DNA of 63,546 nt, filler included, from Guillardia theta CCMP2712 (GCF_000315625.1; 4 parts of 4 records of this genome joined end to end with filler, not necessarily neighbours in it); one strand, 5' to 3'; shown: positions 1 through 13,210, numbered from the whole stretch's first letter. Translations and numbers: made by a program. The notes: generated from the letters alone by a model not told the origin.

Positions 1-327
1 TGCGGACGTCCGCTGCCGGCACAAAGCGGGCGGCCGCGGACGGAGAAAGGGCAGCCGCCGACAAGGAGCCGGCGTTGCCCGGGGGTCCGCCTGGGGCAGC
101 GGACGGAGGGAGGCTGGACACATGAACACGGTACCGCTCGAGGTAGTCCTCCTCGCTAGCCTCCGAGTCAGCGGTAGCCGAGTCAGCGGTAGCCGCCCGT
201 GACGGCGGCGACGCCGCGGCAATGCCCAAGGACCGGCGTGACCCGACCGATGCCGGGGAGGAAGCAGGCGAGCTCGGACCAGCAGCAAGCACCCCAGTGG
301 TGTCGAGCTCTCCGGAGGCACCCGACG

Positions 328-1725
328 TCACAGTGAGGGACGGAGACGCCTCGCCAGCTCCGCGCCGATCGTCGGCGCCACTCGAAGGGTGTCCCCCATC
401 GGAGTCGGAGCATCCTCAAGAGGCATCGAGCGCTGAGCAATGATGTCCGCCAAATACCAGATGAAGCGGAGGGTGTCAGGATGCAGGGTACCGTCCGTCG
501 AGATGGCAAGAGGGATGAACGCTCGAGGAGGAGTAGTCATAGCATATGCAGCGCGATGTTTGCGAATCTTCTCAGACGCTGCAACATGGAGGGCGTCGAG
601 GTTGACCTCCCCCCACTTGGTCAGGTCGGCAGAGCTACCAATGTAAGGGTGGACCAACGTCACGTCCGCCATCAAGCCCTCGTACTGCTCGGACCCTCGA
701 TCGCGGATTCCAGGGATGTGGATATCGCCCTTCATCTTGCGGCCATGAGAGTAATGGATTTACTGGCAGAAGGTAAAAGGGGGTATAGGATTTACTGTAA
801 AAAGTGCCTCAAGCAAAACAAAGCAGGAACAAGCTGAACCTCCTGGCACACAGCGCACAGCGAGAAGCTGCACAATCACACACAAAACACAAGCCCGAAA
901 AGAACCAGCACTGCTGGCACCCAGACGCGGCAGCGCCAGCCCAAGCGCGAAGCCGCGCAGACAAGCAGCCTAAGGGTCAGGCAATCAAGCAACAAGCAGC
1001 AGGAGCATGCAGGAGGAATAAAATCCCTTAGACGCGCGAGGATGGGAGGGTACCTGCCGTCGAGAACGAGGATCCCCCACTGTATCGATGACGCTCTGAA
1101 GACCAGCTTCGTTCAGCATCGACCGAATCGTACGAGTAAGGTTCACGGTCATGCGCCGTGGGAAGCTTGGAGGATCGGCGTTTGCAGGTCTGGAGATGAT
1201 GTGCAGCAACGGAGGGATCGAGCTCGCGCTGACATCCATCACATTCCGTCGGACACTGGCAGATCGGCATGCCATGGAGATAGCAGTCGAGCATCATTGT
1301 GAGCATAGCGGTGCGGGAAGGCCTTGAGGGGGTAGTAGCTCGAGACTCGCATCGGAGAGTGGCTCAGGTCTCGCTCAGGAAAATGAGCGAAGATGGTAGA
1401 CTGCAAGACCCTATCCTGCGACTTGAGCGAGTGTGTCCTGCGGCTGTGCAAGGTGAGGATATCACGCTGCTGATCGGTCCGATCAGCGCAGCGCGAGCAT
1501 GCACATGGCGAGGGAAGACGCGCATGACAAGAGGGGTCACATTGCGCTGCGCAGGCGGAGGAATGAAGTGCTCATGAGACGAGTCGACGAGAGCGCGCAA
1601 ACCAGGGATGTGTACCACAGATGCCGGGGGGCGTCCTGCGTCATCAGGCACAGCAGCCGGGGCAGGTGGGATCGCCGCGCCATCTGCAGCCGGTGCAGGA
1701 GCCCTCACACGACGGTAGAGGATCG
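328..1725 (-). mobile_element. 3' half of a CRE-like non-LTR retrotransposon (zinc knuckle and restriction-like endonuclease), frameshifted and interrupted
   Basis: Minus frames encode CPTECDGCQRELDPSVAAHHLQTC..AHD (Zn knuckle) and KGDIHI..ADVTLVHP..AASEKIRKH..FIPLAISTDGTLHP (RLE-type C-terminus). 1447-1725 is the reverse complement of 2926-3200. Confidence 0.8.
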
Positions 1726-3200
1726 TTCTCGCAAACCGCGTCAGCGCTCCTGCCCCTTCACGCTCGCGGTGATGATGAGGATGTTGCCAACCCCACAGTG
1801 CTGGTGAGTTTGGATGCAAAGAACGCCTTCAACTCCCTCGACCGCCAGGCTCTCTTCGATGCAATCGAGGGACGTGCGAGTCGCGACTACTTTGATGGGA
1901 GCATCACTGAAGGCGCAAGCTTGCCCTCTTGCGAGCATCTCCGTTTGTTCGCCTCCTACCTCTCCAGCTACTATGGAGACTCTGCTGACCTTCGACTCTT
2001 TCACAAAAGTCAGTCAGCCTCCGTTCAGTGTACCTCGGGCGTCTGTCAGGGCGATGTCCCCTCCAGCGTGTTTTTCTGCCACAGTATCCACCCCCTGCTC
2101 CTCCATATCGCAGAGCTTTTTCCCTCTGTTCGAGTCTTGGCCTATGCTGACAACGTCGTGCTTGTCGGTCCACTCGAGGATGCCGTTGCAGCTACGTCCG
2201 CTATGAAGAAGTACATGTTGGCTGATCTGAAGCTAGAGATTCAACCTCGCGAGTCGAAAGTTTACATCCCCTCCTGGCATCAACACCCTGATCTCTCGCA
2301 GCTGAAGAAGAGCCTTAAGCGCCGTCTCAAGACTCAACTTCTTCACTTCGAGGTCGTCACTGGCGGGATTACACTTGGCGGCCTGCCTATCGGCACGGAT
2401 GGATTTCATGCTAGTCAGCTCCGAGCGAAGGTTTCTACCCTCAACGAAGAGCTCTCAAAGTTCGGGCTCGTCCAGCATGGCTTCATGTTCAAGACGCTGG
2501 TGAGGGCGAGCCATCTCCAGAAGCTGCGCTTCTTCCTCCAGGGGTCATCTCCGTTTCTCCCGCGGGTCCAATCACAGATTCGTCGCTTTGACCTCTCTGT
2601 CCACCTGGCGCTTGAGAAATACCACCGCTGGCCTTCCTCGCAGTACCTCGCCGCGCATCCCGACCTGCTAGAGTTTGCGAGGTTCAAGCGGGAGCTTCCG
2701 CATAGTCGGGGAGGGGACGAGTTCACGCCCTCTGAGGGTCTACACCCCGCTGTTTACTATACGGCTATCGCTCGCTTCCTCGCTTGGTACTCTGACCAGC
2801 CAATGTCACGGACGCTGCCCTCTCCTCATAGCCTGGACGTTCACTGCTCGAGATCTCTCCGTGCCCAGAAGCATCCTCTGGCGACCTTCTTCGTTGAGGC
2901 GCACGACTTCGTTCATAATGCTGGAGCGATCCTCTACCGTCGTGTCAAGGCTCCTGCACCGGCTGCAGATGGCGCGGCGATCCCACCTGCCCCGGCTGCT
3001 GTGCCTGATGACGCAGGACGCCCCCCGGCATCTGTGGTACACATCCCTGGTTTGCGCGCTCTCGTCGACTCGTCTCATGAGCACTTCATTCCTCCGCCTG
3101 CGCAGCGAAATGTGACCCCTCTTGTCATGCGCGTCTTCCCTCGCCATGTGCATGCTCGCGCTGCGCTGACCGATCAGCAGCGTGATATCCTCACCTTGCA
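1726..3200 (+). mobile_element. Reverse transcriptase region of the same CRE-like element, inverted relative to its 3' half
   Basis: ORF 1621-3216 contains SLDAKNAFNSLDR, GVCQGDVPSSVFF, LAYADNVVLVG and GITLGGLPIG, which are non-LTR RT motifs typical of the CRE clade. Confidence 0.9.
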
Positions 3201-3206
3201 TCAGGG

Positions 3207-3506
3207 ATGCGACTAGGCTGGCACCAAGAGCTGAGGAGGCTAGTCGTCCTCTTCTACGCTGGCCATGGGATGAAGGCAGGAAGGGCCAAAGAAGACGACC
3301 TGATCCCCTGTGAGGTAGGGACGATGGAGACAGAGGAGGAGGTAGAGGACTACACTGTGACTCTCAGTCTGTTTCCTTGTTGTCATCGATGCCTGCAGAT
3401 ACCGGGAGGGTCTGCAGGAGACGGGACGGCTGCTCCCGCAGCAGGCGGCGAAAGACGCCCTGCCTCGAAAAGAGACTGCTGCAGTCTTTCTATTTGCACA
3501 GCATGA
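3207..3506 (+). pseudogene. Caspase/metacaspase-like (peptidase C14) fragment
   Basis: LVVLFYAGHG followed by DDLIPCE resembles the catalytic-His strand of the caspase p20 fold. It starts at the retrotransposon junction and no clear catalytic-Cys motif is seen. Confidence 0.45.
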
Positions 3507-3846
3507 TGTTGTCAGCCTGGGCATGTGGGTACATTTCTACGAGAAATATGGCATTCAACTAGCCTGACTATTGAACAACATGTCGTGCATCGAGCACCGA
3601 CATCAACTTCAGGGAAGAGACTCTGAGATGCATATCGAGCTGCTGCCATGATCGAGAATAGCTACATTGGACTCGGAGAAGTAGAAAACTGCTACTGCAT
3701 CTAACGGGCAACTTGACCATGTGTGGGATATGCACTGTCCATGCGGTAGTCATGGACCTTCACGCAATGCAGATGACAAGAAGAAATTCAACAATTCGGT
3801 TCGAGCACACTTCACTCAGTTGTTGTGGCAGCTCCTTCAAAGTAAA

Positions 3847-4433
3847 TTAATGTCTGAGTAAAGTCGCGTTCAATCTGGATGCCTCTAAATCTCTGTGTGA
3901 AACGTGCACAATCGTACCATTCTTTCGAACTTGAAAGAGATGCATGTGTATTGCGTCCTCTAATTTCGTTTCAAGGTGACTGTCAGTGCGCCCTCGAAAT
4001 ATAACGAACCTGATCCAGCCTGTTGGTTCTAACATGTAGGGTTCATCCTTGAAAGGCACAGGAAATTCTCTGTTCTGTAAGAGTGATGTACTGATGGTCC
4101 AACTGCACTGACCTTTTCATCCGGGGTTTCAAGAAGCAGTTGACTATACTACCGTAGTCCTACTCTTGTGCAGATCGATGTTGAGACGGAAGAAATTAGT
4201 TTGTTTTCTAGTGTTAAAGAAGTTGACATTCTTCCTTTCCAATTTCGGATGATTCCACTTCGAAATTTCACCATGACATGGTACCAGATTGAATCGGACA
4301 TGTCTAAACCTTCAACGTGGTGTAGTAATTCAAAGTGCACAGAATGATCGAAGGCATTTGCTGCAAGGAACAACGGTGCCTCTTTGATGTATCTCATGCG
4401 AATGAAGAGGATCACCTTGTTCTCTTGCTCCAA
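3847..4433 (-). CDS. Hypothetical protein fragments
   Basis: Two protein-like ORFs (4149-4433, 3847-4059) with no recognisable domain. Confidence 0.25.
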
Positions 4434-4757
4434 TCTCCTCCTTTTGGCAATGCCGAGGGATGAGGCAGCCCTTGACGACGGTGGCCGCCCCGATTGCGCC
4501 CGCCGCCATTCAACGGTCCGTCAAGGCAAGGAGGATTGCAACTGGTACTGAAAGTAGTACCATAGGGTATGTGTCGGTACCGTACTGTAACTACCGTTAA
4601 AATAACTTGTAAAGAGGATTGTTGAAATAAACTAAAACTCTTGGGTACTATGAAGTGGGGTCTCTAACTCGTTTATCAAAAAAGCACGCCTACTAAAAAA
4701 AAAGACCCTACCGAAAAATTTAAGTGCCAAATTAACGAAAGGCCTGAAAGTGAACGG

Positions 4758-5265
4758 CATGACTGAAGGCGCAAGCTTGCCCTCTTGCGAGCATCTCCGT
4801 TTGTTCGCCTCCTACCTCTCCGTAGCCTCTCCAGCTTCTGCCAGTAAATCCATCTCTAGCTACTATGGAGACTCTGCTGACCTTCGACTCTTTCACAAAG
4901 GCAAAGTCAGTCAGCCTCCGTTCAGTGTACCTCGGGCGTCTGTCAGGGCGATGTCCCCTCCAGACGGTATTTTTCTGCCACAGTATCCACCCCCTGCTCC
5001 TCCATATCGCAGAGCTTTTTCCCTCTGTTCGAGTCTTGGCCTATGCTGACAACGTCGTGCTTGTCGGTCCACTCGAGGATGCCGTTGCAGCTACGTCCGC
5101 TATGAAGAAGTACATGTTGGCTGATCTGAAGCTAGAGATTCAACCTCGCGAGTCGAAAGTTTACATCCCCTCCTGGCATCAACACCCTGATCTCTCGCAG
5201 CGTAGGCCAAGACTCGGCGGACTCAGACTCGGAGGGGAAAAGGTCTGCGATATGGAGGAGCAGTG
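4758..5265 (+). mobile_element. Second, frameshifted fragment of the same RT
   Basis: Near-identical to about 1902-2300 with small indels. It is followed by a short inverted piece (about 5230-5263) matching about 2095-2126. Confidence 0.9.
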
Positions 5266-5634
5266 TGTTGCTGTACCGGGTGCCAGTGAGCGGCTCTATG
5301 CCTGACGGTCTTGCCGGCTTGTTGCTGCTTTCTTTCGGAAGTTCTGCTTGAGGCAATTTTTACCTCCCCGGCCCTGCCAATATCCGGCGGGCCGGGCCGC
5401 CCGCCGCGGCGCCGCGCCAGTGCGTGTCTCAGCAGTGAGTTCGCAGACAACTCCGAGGCTCCGAAAAAGTTGCCGCGCAGCCTTCCGAGTGAGAGACCGT
5501 CACCCGACCGGTGACCGCGGGCCGGGGCGCGGGCCCGCCGGGCGGCCAAGTTGGCCGCGGCAGGGCGGCAGCACTCGGACTGAGAGACTGGCGGGATGGA
5601 AGGTAAAAAAGAGGAGGGAAGGTTTGTCGTTTGA

Positions 5635-5716
5635 CGACAACGATGGGATTCGAACCCACGCAGGGAGACCCTAATGGATTAGCAGTCCATCGCCTTAACC
5701 GCTCGGCCACGTTGTC
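5635..5716 (-). tRNA. tRNA-Ser(GCT)
   Basis: Reverse complement GACAACGTGGCCGAGCGGTTAAGGCG-ATGGA-CT-GCT-AA-TCCAT, long variable arm, then GTGGGTTCGAATCCCATCGTTGTCG. A and B boxes are present, with a T6 Pol III terminator at 5605-5610. Confidence 0.97.
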
Positions 5717-5760
5717 CCTCTCCTTGTTTCCCTATGCTCCCCCAGCCTTTATATCCCCCT

Positions 5761-6241
5761 GTTCTGCTCTGCTCTGCTCTGCTCTGCTGTTCTCTGCTGT
5801 TCTCTGCTGTTCTCTGCTGTTCTCTGCTGTTCTCTGCTGTTCTCTGCTCTGCTCTGCTGTGCTCTGCTCTGCTCTTCTCTTCTCTTCTCTTCTCTTCTCT
5901 GCTCTGCTCTGCTCTGCTCTGCTCTGCTCTGCTCTGCTCTTCTCTGCTCTGCTCTGCTCTTCTCTTCTCTGCTCTGCTCTTCTCTGCTCTGCTCTGCTGT
6001 TCTCTGCTTTGCTCTTCTCTGCTCTGCTCTTCTCTGCTCTGCTCTGCTCTGCTCTGCTCTGCTCTGCTCTGCTCTGCTCTGCTTTGCTCTTCTCTGCTCT
6101 GCTCTGCTGTTCTCTGCTGTTCTCTGCTTTGCTCTGCTCTGCTCTGCTCTGCTCTGCTGTTCTCTGCTCTGCTCTGCTGTTCTCTGCTCTGCTCTTCTCT
6201 GCACTTATCTTCTCTGCTCTGCTCTGCTCTTCTCTTCTCTG
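5761..6241. repeat. (CTCTG/CTCTT/CTGTT)n microsatellite
   Basis: Directly visible degenerate pentanucleotide array. Confidence 0.95.
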
Positions 6242-6397
6242 GTCTGGTCCATCCCCTCCTCTCGTCAGATCCTGCGGGGTAATGGAATGGGATGGCGCGG
6301 CACAGCAGAGGTCAAAAGAGAAGCAGAAGATGAGTTCACGACGATTTTGGACAAACTGGCATGTTTCATTTATATGCAATTCAAACAATAACACAAA

Positions 6398-6493
6398 GAC
6401 GATGATGACGGTGTTCTTGATAGACGATGATGACGGTGTTCTTGATAGACGATGATGACGGTGTTCTTGATAGACGATGATGACGGTGTTCTT
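6398..6493. repeat. 25-bp minisatellite, about 4 copies
   Basis: GACGATGATGACGGTGTTCTTGATA repeated head-to-tail without spacers. Confidence 0.9.
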
Positions 6494-6859
6494 CGTAGCG
6501 AATGGTGAGCTCGTCCTGGCTGACAATCGTCTCACTCATCGATGATCTGGTTCACTTCCTCCTCCTCTGCCGCTTCTCGCTGCTCAGGACAAGTCAGCGG
6601 CACTAAGTGATGTCTCTTGCACAAACCTGAAGCTCAGTGCTCGTGCTCATGTACTCTGATTCTGAAGAGTCAAGTCAAACCACGGGAGGTAATAAGTCGC
6701 AAGGGGGGCAGCAGGGGAGGCAAGTCAGAAGAGCGGTGGGGAACCTGTCGAGCTCCTGGGTTCGCACTCATTGGTCTTGATGTCCTTCAGGACAGTCAGT
6801 CCCTAGAAGACTTTACAGCTTCATCGCTCGTTGTACCTCGCTGATCTCCGAGTCATCCG

Positions 6860-8494
6860 AGGGGTTCCTGATAGGAGGAAGATCCTGCGAGCCGGTCAAA
6901 ACGCCTGCCGCAGCTCCAGCAATCTCTTACCTTGGTGTCATGCAGATCGATTACCATGGCACAGATGTTGTCCCACGATCCTCTGCAAACGGAGGTGACA
7001 AACGCCAAGGCGATGACAACCAGCGGACCTGTGGAATGCCATCCACGCCAGCTCTGCGGCTCCATGACCTTTGCAATTCCATCTCTCCGAGATGAAATCC
7101 ACCGCCTACATCAACGCTGAGGGGACAGCCAAGCAGCATAAAAGTGACCTCCTGGTTGGAGACCACGTCCCACAGGCCGTCGGTAGCGAGGATGATGAAC
7201 TTCTGAGAAGGATCCCTTGGGAGATGCTTGAGCTCACAAGCGAGTGATAGACAGGAGGTACCTTCTGATGACTTTGTACTCCGGCGTCGCAGGTACGAAT
7301 TGCTTCAGTGGACTATCACCGATTGCTCTTGACACAGCAAGGATGCCTGTGCAACGTCAATCCAATCCTATCACACGATTGGTTCTACCTCCAACACGAG
7401 CGACCCCAACGGTCACTACCATACCTCCAGCTAACTCGATTCTTCTCCGCTCATCTGGTCGACTGTAATGTTCCGTGACTGTAAGTGCACATCCCAAGCA
7501 ACTATCATTCTCACTTCGGTTTGTGGTCGTCCGACATAGGTACAGCTCTGCCACAACCCAAGGTTATGACGGCATAACAACTTTTGCCAATGCCATTTCT
7601 GACCTTCCGTCTTGACAAAGCACTCCTCGCGAGTCTCCGACATTCGCTACCATGAGGTACCTATCGAGTTGATATCATGTTGCGCAACTGCTTGACCACT
7701 TTCTCTCAGACCTGCTAGTGACAGCAGCGACTATCGCCGTAGTTCCTGCAGTGAACTCACATCGATCCAAGGTAAAGAAATCACTTATTCACCGCAGATG
7801 CACACTTCATGATGAAGTTCTTGGTCGATGCTGGAGAAACCTTTTGTTGCTGTGAGTTTCTGTGGGTAAACTTCTTCTTATAAAAGAACCGAAATCCAGC
7901 GCTCGCTTCATCCATAATCTCGAAATGACTCGTGGCTTTTGACTTTGCTGTTCTTCTGGAAGAGGTCCATCTTTGCTCTCTTCCGCTTTCCATGAATTTT
8001 CCTCTTCTGTTCCAGTTGCATTTACATTCTCGACAGCCTATTTGCTTAAAATTATCTCCTGAAGATAAAGCATGGGAGTCAACCGATGAGCTGTTGATAT
8101 CGTTTCTCCCAACAATCAGCTGTATCTAATGTGTCATGATTGAATCAGGAAAATCAAAGAAAATGAACCTGTGAGACTCGTGCAAGTAAGTTTTCCTTGC
8201 AATATTCACTGGCTCTAAAGGAAGGTATCAGTTGCTTCAACCCTGCTCCCCTCATCACGATCAAAATTCGATCGTACCGGGAGCCACCATGTCCATCAAA
8301 TACTCCAAACAATGCAGGAATTTCACCCTCTGCACCGGCACCCTTGTCGACGAGTATAGAGAAATCATCTTCCATGTATTCGCGTCTTCCCTGTGATTAC
8401 TGCCGTCATACACTCAGTAGAAGCAGGCACAGATTACCATCATCTTGTAAGCAGAAGCGGATGCTCCAACGTAGAATTGCGCCTTTTGCTCCAT
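6860..8494 (-). CDS. PP2C/PPM protein phosphatase (multi-exon)
   Basis: Exons encode GRREYMEDDF, FGVFDGHGG, GTTAIVA, ANVGDSRGVLC, GILAVSRAIGD, FIILATDGLWDVVSNQE and RGSWDNICAMVIDL. The start may lie further upstream. Confidence 0.92.
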
Positions 8495-11400
8495 ATTGAT
8501 CCTGCTATCGTGTCACACTGTATCCCACTAAAATGGATTGTAGCACGTTGCCGAATTCGCAGGACAACTTCCGATTGCCTGAATAAGAAACAATCAGAAG
8601 GCGAGCTGGGGTAAATTTCTTTCATTTCGAAGAAGCCAGGCTCTAAGCACACAAAGCAATATTGATTTTTCCCGAACCTCTTCATCACTGCACCGTTGTG
8701 TCACTCAAACAAAATTCTCCAGTGCAATAGCACCTATCCATAAAATCCTCGATCCTTGAATCCGGCCTGCAAGCCCACAAATCTTCAAAAACTGACAACG
8801 CAGCAAAATGTGGCAAAGATGTTCTTTAGCATCACCAATGCAAAGGTCTTTCATATTCGCAATCAGGTTCAGTCCCATTTTTGAGCTGTAAACTAATATC
8901 AATTCTCTTCTACTCAAGTTTCAAAACAAACTTCAAAGTCAAAATCTTCATCATTTGTCATGTCGGTGCCATGCCATAGATTCCTAGACTTTGAAAAGAT
9001 ATCTGGAAGTCCCAATCAAGGTGCGAGAAGAATTGTTGGAATCAGCTGCCGCTACCTCGATCTTGGTGATCTCCACTCCACTACAAGCAGGAAGTACACA
9101 TATCAAATCAGTCAGGTCGTCTCGAAACGAATACTAAAATTTTAGCTTGCCTCAGAATTCCCTGAGTTCTCAGAATTTGGCAAATTTTCATCTCGATGAC
9201 CCAGGGAATCATCGGCACTCTTTGAATTCAGATCTCAGATACCAAATGGTCAAATTTCATTGCCATAACCTCAGAGACTATGTTTCCCGCGGGCATGTCT
9301 TCTGAATCCTGTTCGAGATGATTACATCCATTTCATGGTTTGCTGAAAAAAGAAATACATTCATTTGCGGAAGAGCCTTGTCGGAACCAGAATTTCTGTG
9401 GATTCAAATTTCAAATAGTCCTATCACAAAGAACGCAGACGGATGCAACTTATAACAAGATATCTCATCTTACTCACCTCTGGTTGTTTGGTCCCAAGCC
9501 AAAATCAGATTGCATTGTATGTTCCTCATTTTCTTCCTTTCCCACACCATTTTCTGTTCGATTGAAGGCAAATAAGGGTATTTCATAACATAGTTGATAT
9601 AGTGACGTAGAAGATGCTGCACAAAACAAGGCATACCTCTTGAAACGTCTTCAAAGTCACATTGGTCCCTTTCAAGTGACTGTAGTTCGTAGCTCAAGGA
9701 GGACCAATAAGCGAAACATAATGAATTACCAACTTGTGCTTCCCTTCAATGATTCCGATGTGATCCTTATACAAGCGTAAGGAAATTTGTAAGGAATGGT
9801 GAAATGGCACACCTGCCAATTTCGAGCGAACTTGCCGTTCTCTGCAACCCTAGTTTGTTCCTCCTACAAAAACTCGTTATGTTTCTCTTCCAAAGATGAC
9901 CAATCGCACAATGCTTACCACAACTTCTTCTACCTGCGATCCTCCACGAAGGGAAATTCTTCTGAGGTTGAGATTAGAATAAGTCATGCTCTACAGGCAT
10001 TTCAGAACGTTTTTTGAAGGTCCCTCGATTGCAATTGTAGACGACGAAGAATTCTAAAAGAGAGTTCTCAGTGTGAGAGAGCCAAATTTTCATGATTGCT
10101 CACCGGCAATCAAGCCTTGAAGCTGGGCGCGTGAGAAAACAGCAGTTTGGAAGATGATTAATGCCCTTTTGCATATAATTTGAATCGATTTCAACGTGTG
10201 CAATTGCAACAGTGATGAGAGTAAAACGGAAGATCAGCCTCAGCATTCGATCAAATGCACGGTCGTCATATGTCCAGCGAAAATTTCCAAAGCTTCTGAC
10301 AGAGCTTGTCGGAAGGAGGTGTGAGTCAACCTTATCGCTTGTAGCTTCGATATTCAGGTCATGCCTACCCATTCTTCGCAAAAGCAGGCCAAAGCTTGGA
10401 AGATATGGAGACATCTATATCATGCTCGCTTGAGTTCTGAGACCTTGACGTGCAAAACTAGGAGAGAAATGGTTCTGATCTGATATGAGATGCTCAAGGG
10501 GTCTGACACTACCAGTATTGACCTGCAAGAATCCAAGAGTCACAACCCCAGCTCCGTTGTCACGAACATACGCCGACAACAGGCCTAGTGCACTTCTCCT
10601 TTGCCACGTGTATGATTCTTGTCAAAAGAATTCATATCTTCAGCACAAGTGTGTGACAGGAGCGACATAAGATTTCTCTAGCGTCTTAACTCGCTCTGCG
10701 TGGACGGTCTCATCTCGTGGTCCTCCTACTTTCATTCTTCAACCTCCCTCACTTCCCTTCTATGTTCATTGGATCGTCTACCTCTATCTGTCTTGTCCTT
10801 CGTCGTTTCCCTCAAGCTCTGGTTAGCTCCTCTCGTTCGCCTTTACCGCTCAACACTTGCCATACCTTGTGTGCTCTTTTTCAAGCTTATCTCCTCGTTA
10901 ACACCCTCATCTTGCCTTCTTCTCTACTGAACATCATTGCATCCTATCATCACTGTCCTTTCCTGTCCCCCTCCTCTTCATTCACCTTCCCCTCCCCCCT
11001 CGCTCCTCCTCCCTCCTCTGCGACCCTCGTGCATGACCAAACCTTCGGGTCAACCCCACCCCGTCCTCACCTCTACCCCCCATCCCTCTTCTCTTACCCC
11101 AACAGCTGATCACCCACCCCCTCTATGGTACCTCGACAGTCTTCTTTCAGTACCAGTTTATGCCTACCCCTACCCTCTTCACACTCGCATACCACCCCTT
11201 ATTTCTGGTCGTGGGGTGGGATCCTGATGATCATCCGTCAACCCTGCATTTTCAAAGTCCTACCCCCTCAAATTAGGTCACAATGTGGGGTGATAGAAGG
11301 AAAGGGGTCGCTTTGCTACCAGATCGATGCAGGGTGGGGTATGCATATGACAGGGTGGGTCCTTTTCTTCAGTAAATCGATTAAAGTTGGGGGTAGGGTG

Positions 11401-11939
11401 CTGCTGTATGAGAACCCTATGTGAGGGTGGGGTTGTACAGTCCAGACAGTAGGGACGCAACCCATTGACTCATGGAGGGTGGGGTGGGGCAGAGTGGGGT
11501 GGGGTACCAGGTACCGTACTGGTGTACCCTGACGGGTGGGTGTGCGGATATGGGTCAGTGAGCAGGAGGAGGGTGGAGAATGGGAGTAGGGGGGGTCATA
11601 AGATGGAATTCAGGGGGTGGGTAGGACCTCCCACTTCTTTTGTTTGGCGGGAAAATGCAAGTTTGTGGGGTTGAGACCAATGCTGGGACATGCCGGATAG
11701 GCGATTATTTCATGCAAGCCCCATGCGAAAAATGAAAGACGAAGGGCACAGGGTGAGGGACAAGACGACAGATGAAACTAAATGAGTCAACAGTGTGTGT
11801 ATGGGCCAGCCATATGACTTGTCCCATTTTTTTTTGCCAGATGTCGTAATGATCGTCGAAGGATCCGTATGTCTTACCCTTGTTGCAAGAACAAGAGCTC
11901 CTTAGTGCACAATCAATGAAGACGCACGTATAGCAACAG

Positions 11940-13100
11940 ATGAACAAGTTCTGCTACGAGATCATCGAAGAAGACCCGTTGTGTCAAACTGTGCAACTCA
12001 CAAAAGCACATGAGGAAGATAACTTTCAAGCTTCCAACTTGCCAGATTTTGGTGCTGCTAGCCTGCATGAAGTCAACACCATTCTCTCAAAGACTGAATG
12101 CGTAACAACATTACCATGTTTTCAGTCCGAGGAGGATTCATGCAAGCAAGAAACGCCTAGTGGGCATCCCTCAAACTCTCGCTTCAAGGTCGGGTATAAC
12201 GAGCAAGATCCTGTACTTTCTACTCATGATCACATTCAGTATCCAAATGTTCTTGACAACGCCACAGAAATTGAAGTTTACATCAGAACCTTGATAGAAT
12301 TACATCACATCAGAGAATCAAGATCATCAAAGACCGAATTTGCAAGCTGTGCAGTTATACTGTTGGCAGAAATCATGAGCTCGCCTGGTTTACAACAAGA
12401 GATATCTTCAATTGTAAACAGTATTGCAAACGATAGCATCATAGATGGAATGGTCAAATTTACTATCGAGCAAATGATTATGGGTAATAGCAAAGTCATT
12501 GCCGAATCATCCTCCCTCCTTCAAACATTGAGCAGTTTTTCGACTGGTTTTCGATCTGTTCTTAACAATTTAACAAAGTTTGAAATTTTTGAGTGGATGC
12601 AATGTTGTCTTCAGAAAGTACAAGCGAGCGTGAAAAGAGTGAGTGAGGGCAATGAGCAGGCGCCAAAGGACCACGTGCTTGGAGACCACTTCGCTTGGAT
12701 CGTGTGCTTTGTGGTTGACAGCGGAGGACCAGCCCTTTTTAGCTCTGATCAAATCTGTGAAAGTATGTCACAATGCATCGTTTCATTGCTGAAAGGAGAA
12801 CTTTCAAACAACAATACGATAAGGCTGTGTAATGCATGGAGCAAAATCCTTTCATTCTACCTTCCGAAAAACTTGACTTTTGAGGTGATGTTTGTTTCTC
12901 ACGGTTTGCGTTTGCATGAATATCCATAGGATGCACAGTCCATACTACAGAAAAGGCAACGATGCCAAGTGGATACCAAAATTCAGGTGAGCATTCGAGC
13001 CATCGCGCATGTCTGAAATATGAGGCAGAAAGCCATGGAGCGTTGCTGGTTGAGCTTCATTGAAGCCTTTAGCCGTGATGACTATCCTTGCATGGACAGT
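11940..13100 (+). CDS. Hypothetical protein, possibly helical-repeat
   Basis: 329-codon ORF with a probable GT donor near 12885 and further small exons. No family recognised. Confidence 0.55.
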
Positions 13101-13210
13101 AAATGATTCAGCATGAACATTTGTCGCTTTGGTTGGGTATTCGACGGAGGAGCTCGCTGTTGGATTTACGTTTGGATGTTTCTGCATTCACAACTACAAA
13201 ATTTGAGCAA

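Noticed and set aside
6398-6493. CRISPR-like 25-bp repeats
   Set aside because: No spacers and no cas genes; it is a simple minisatellite in a eukaryote.
5631-6535. Long ORFs of 150-274 aa
   Set aside because: They are translations of the pentanucleotide microsatellite.
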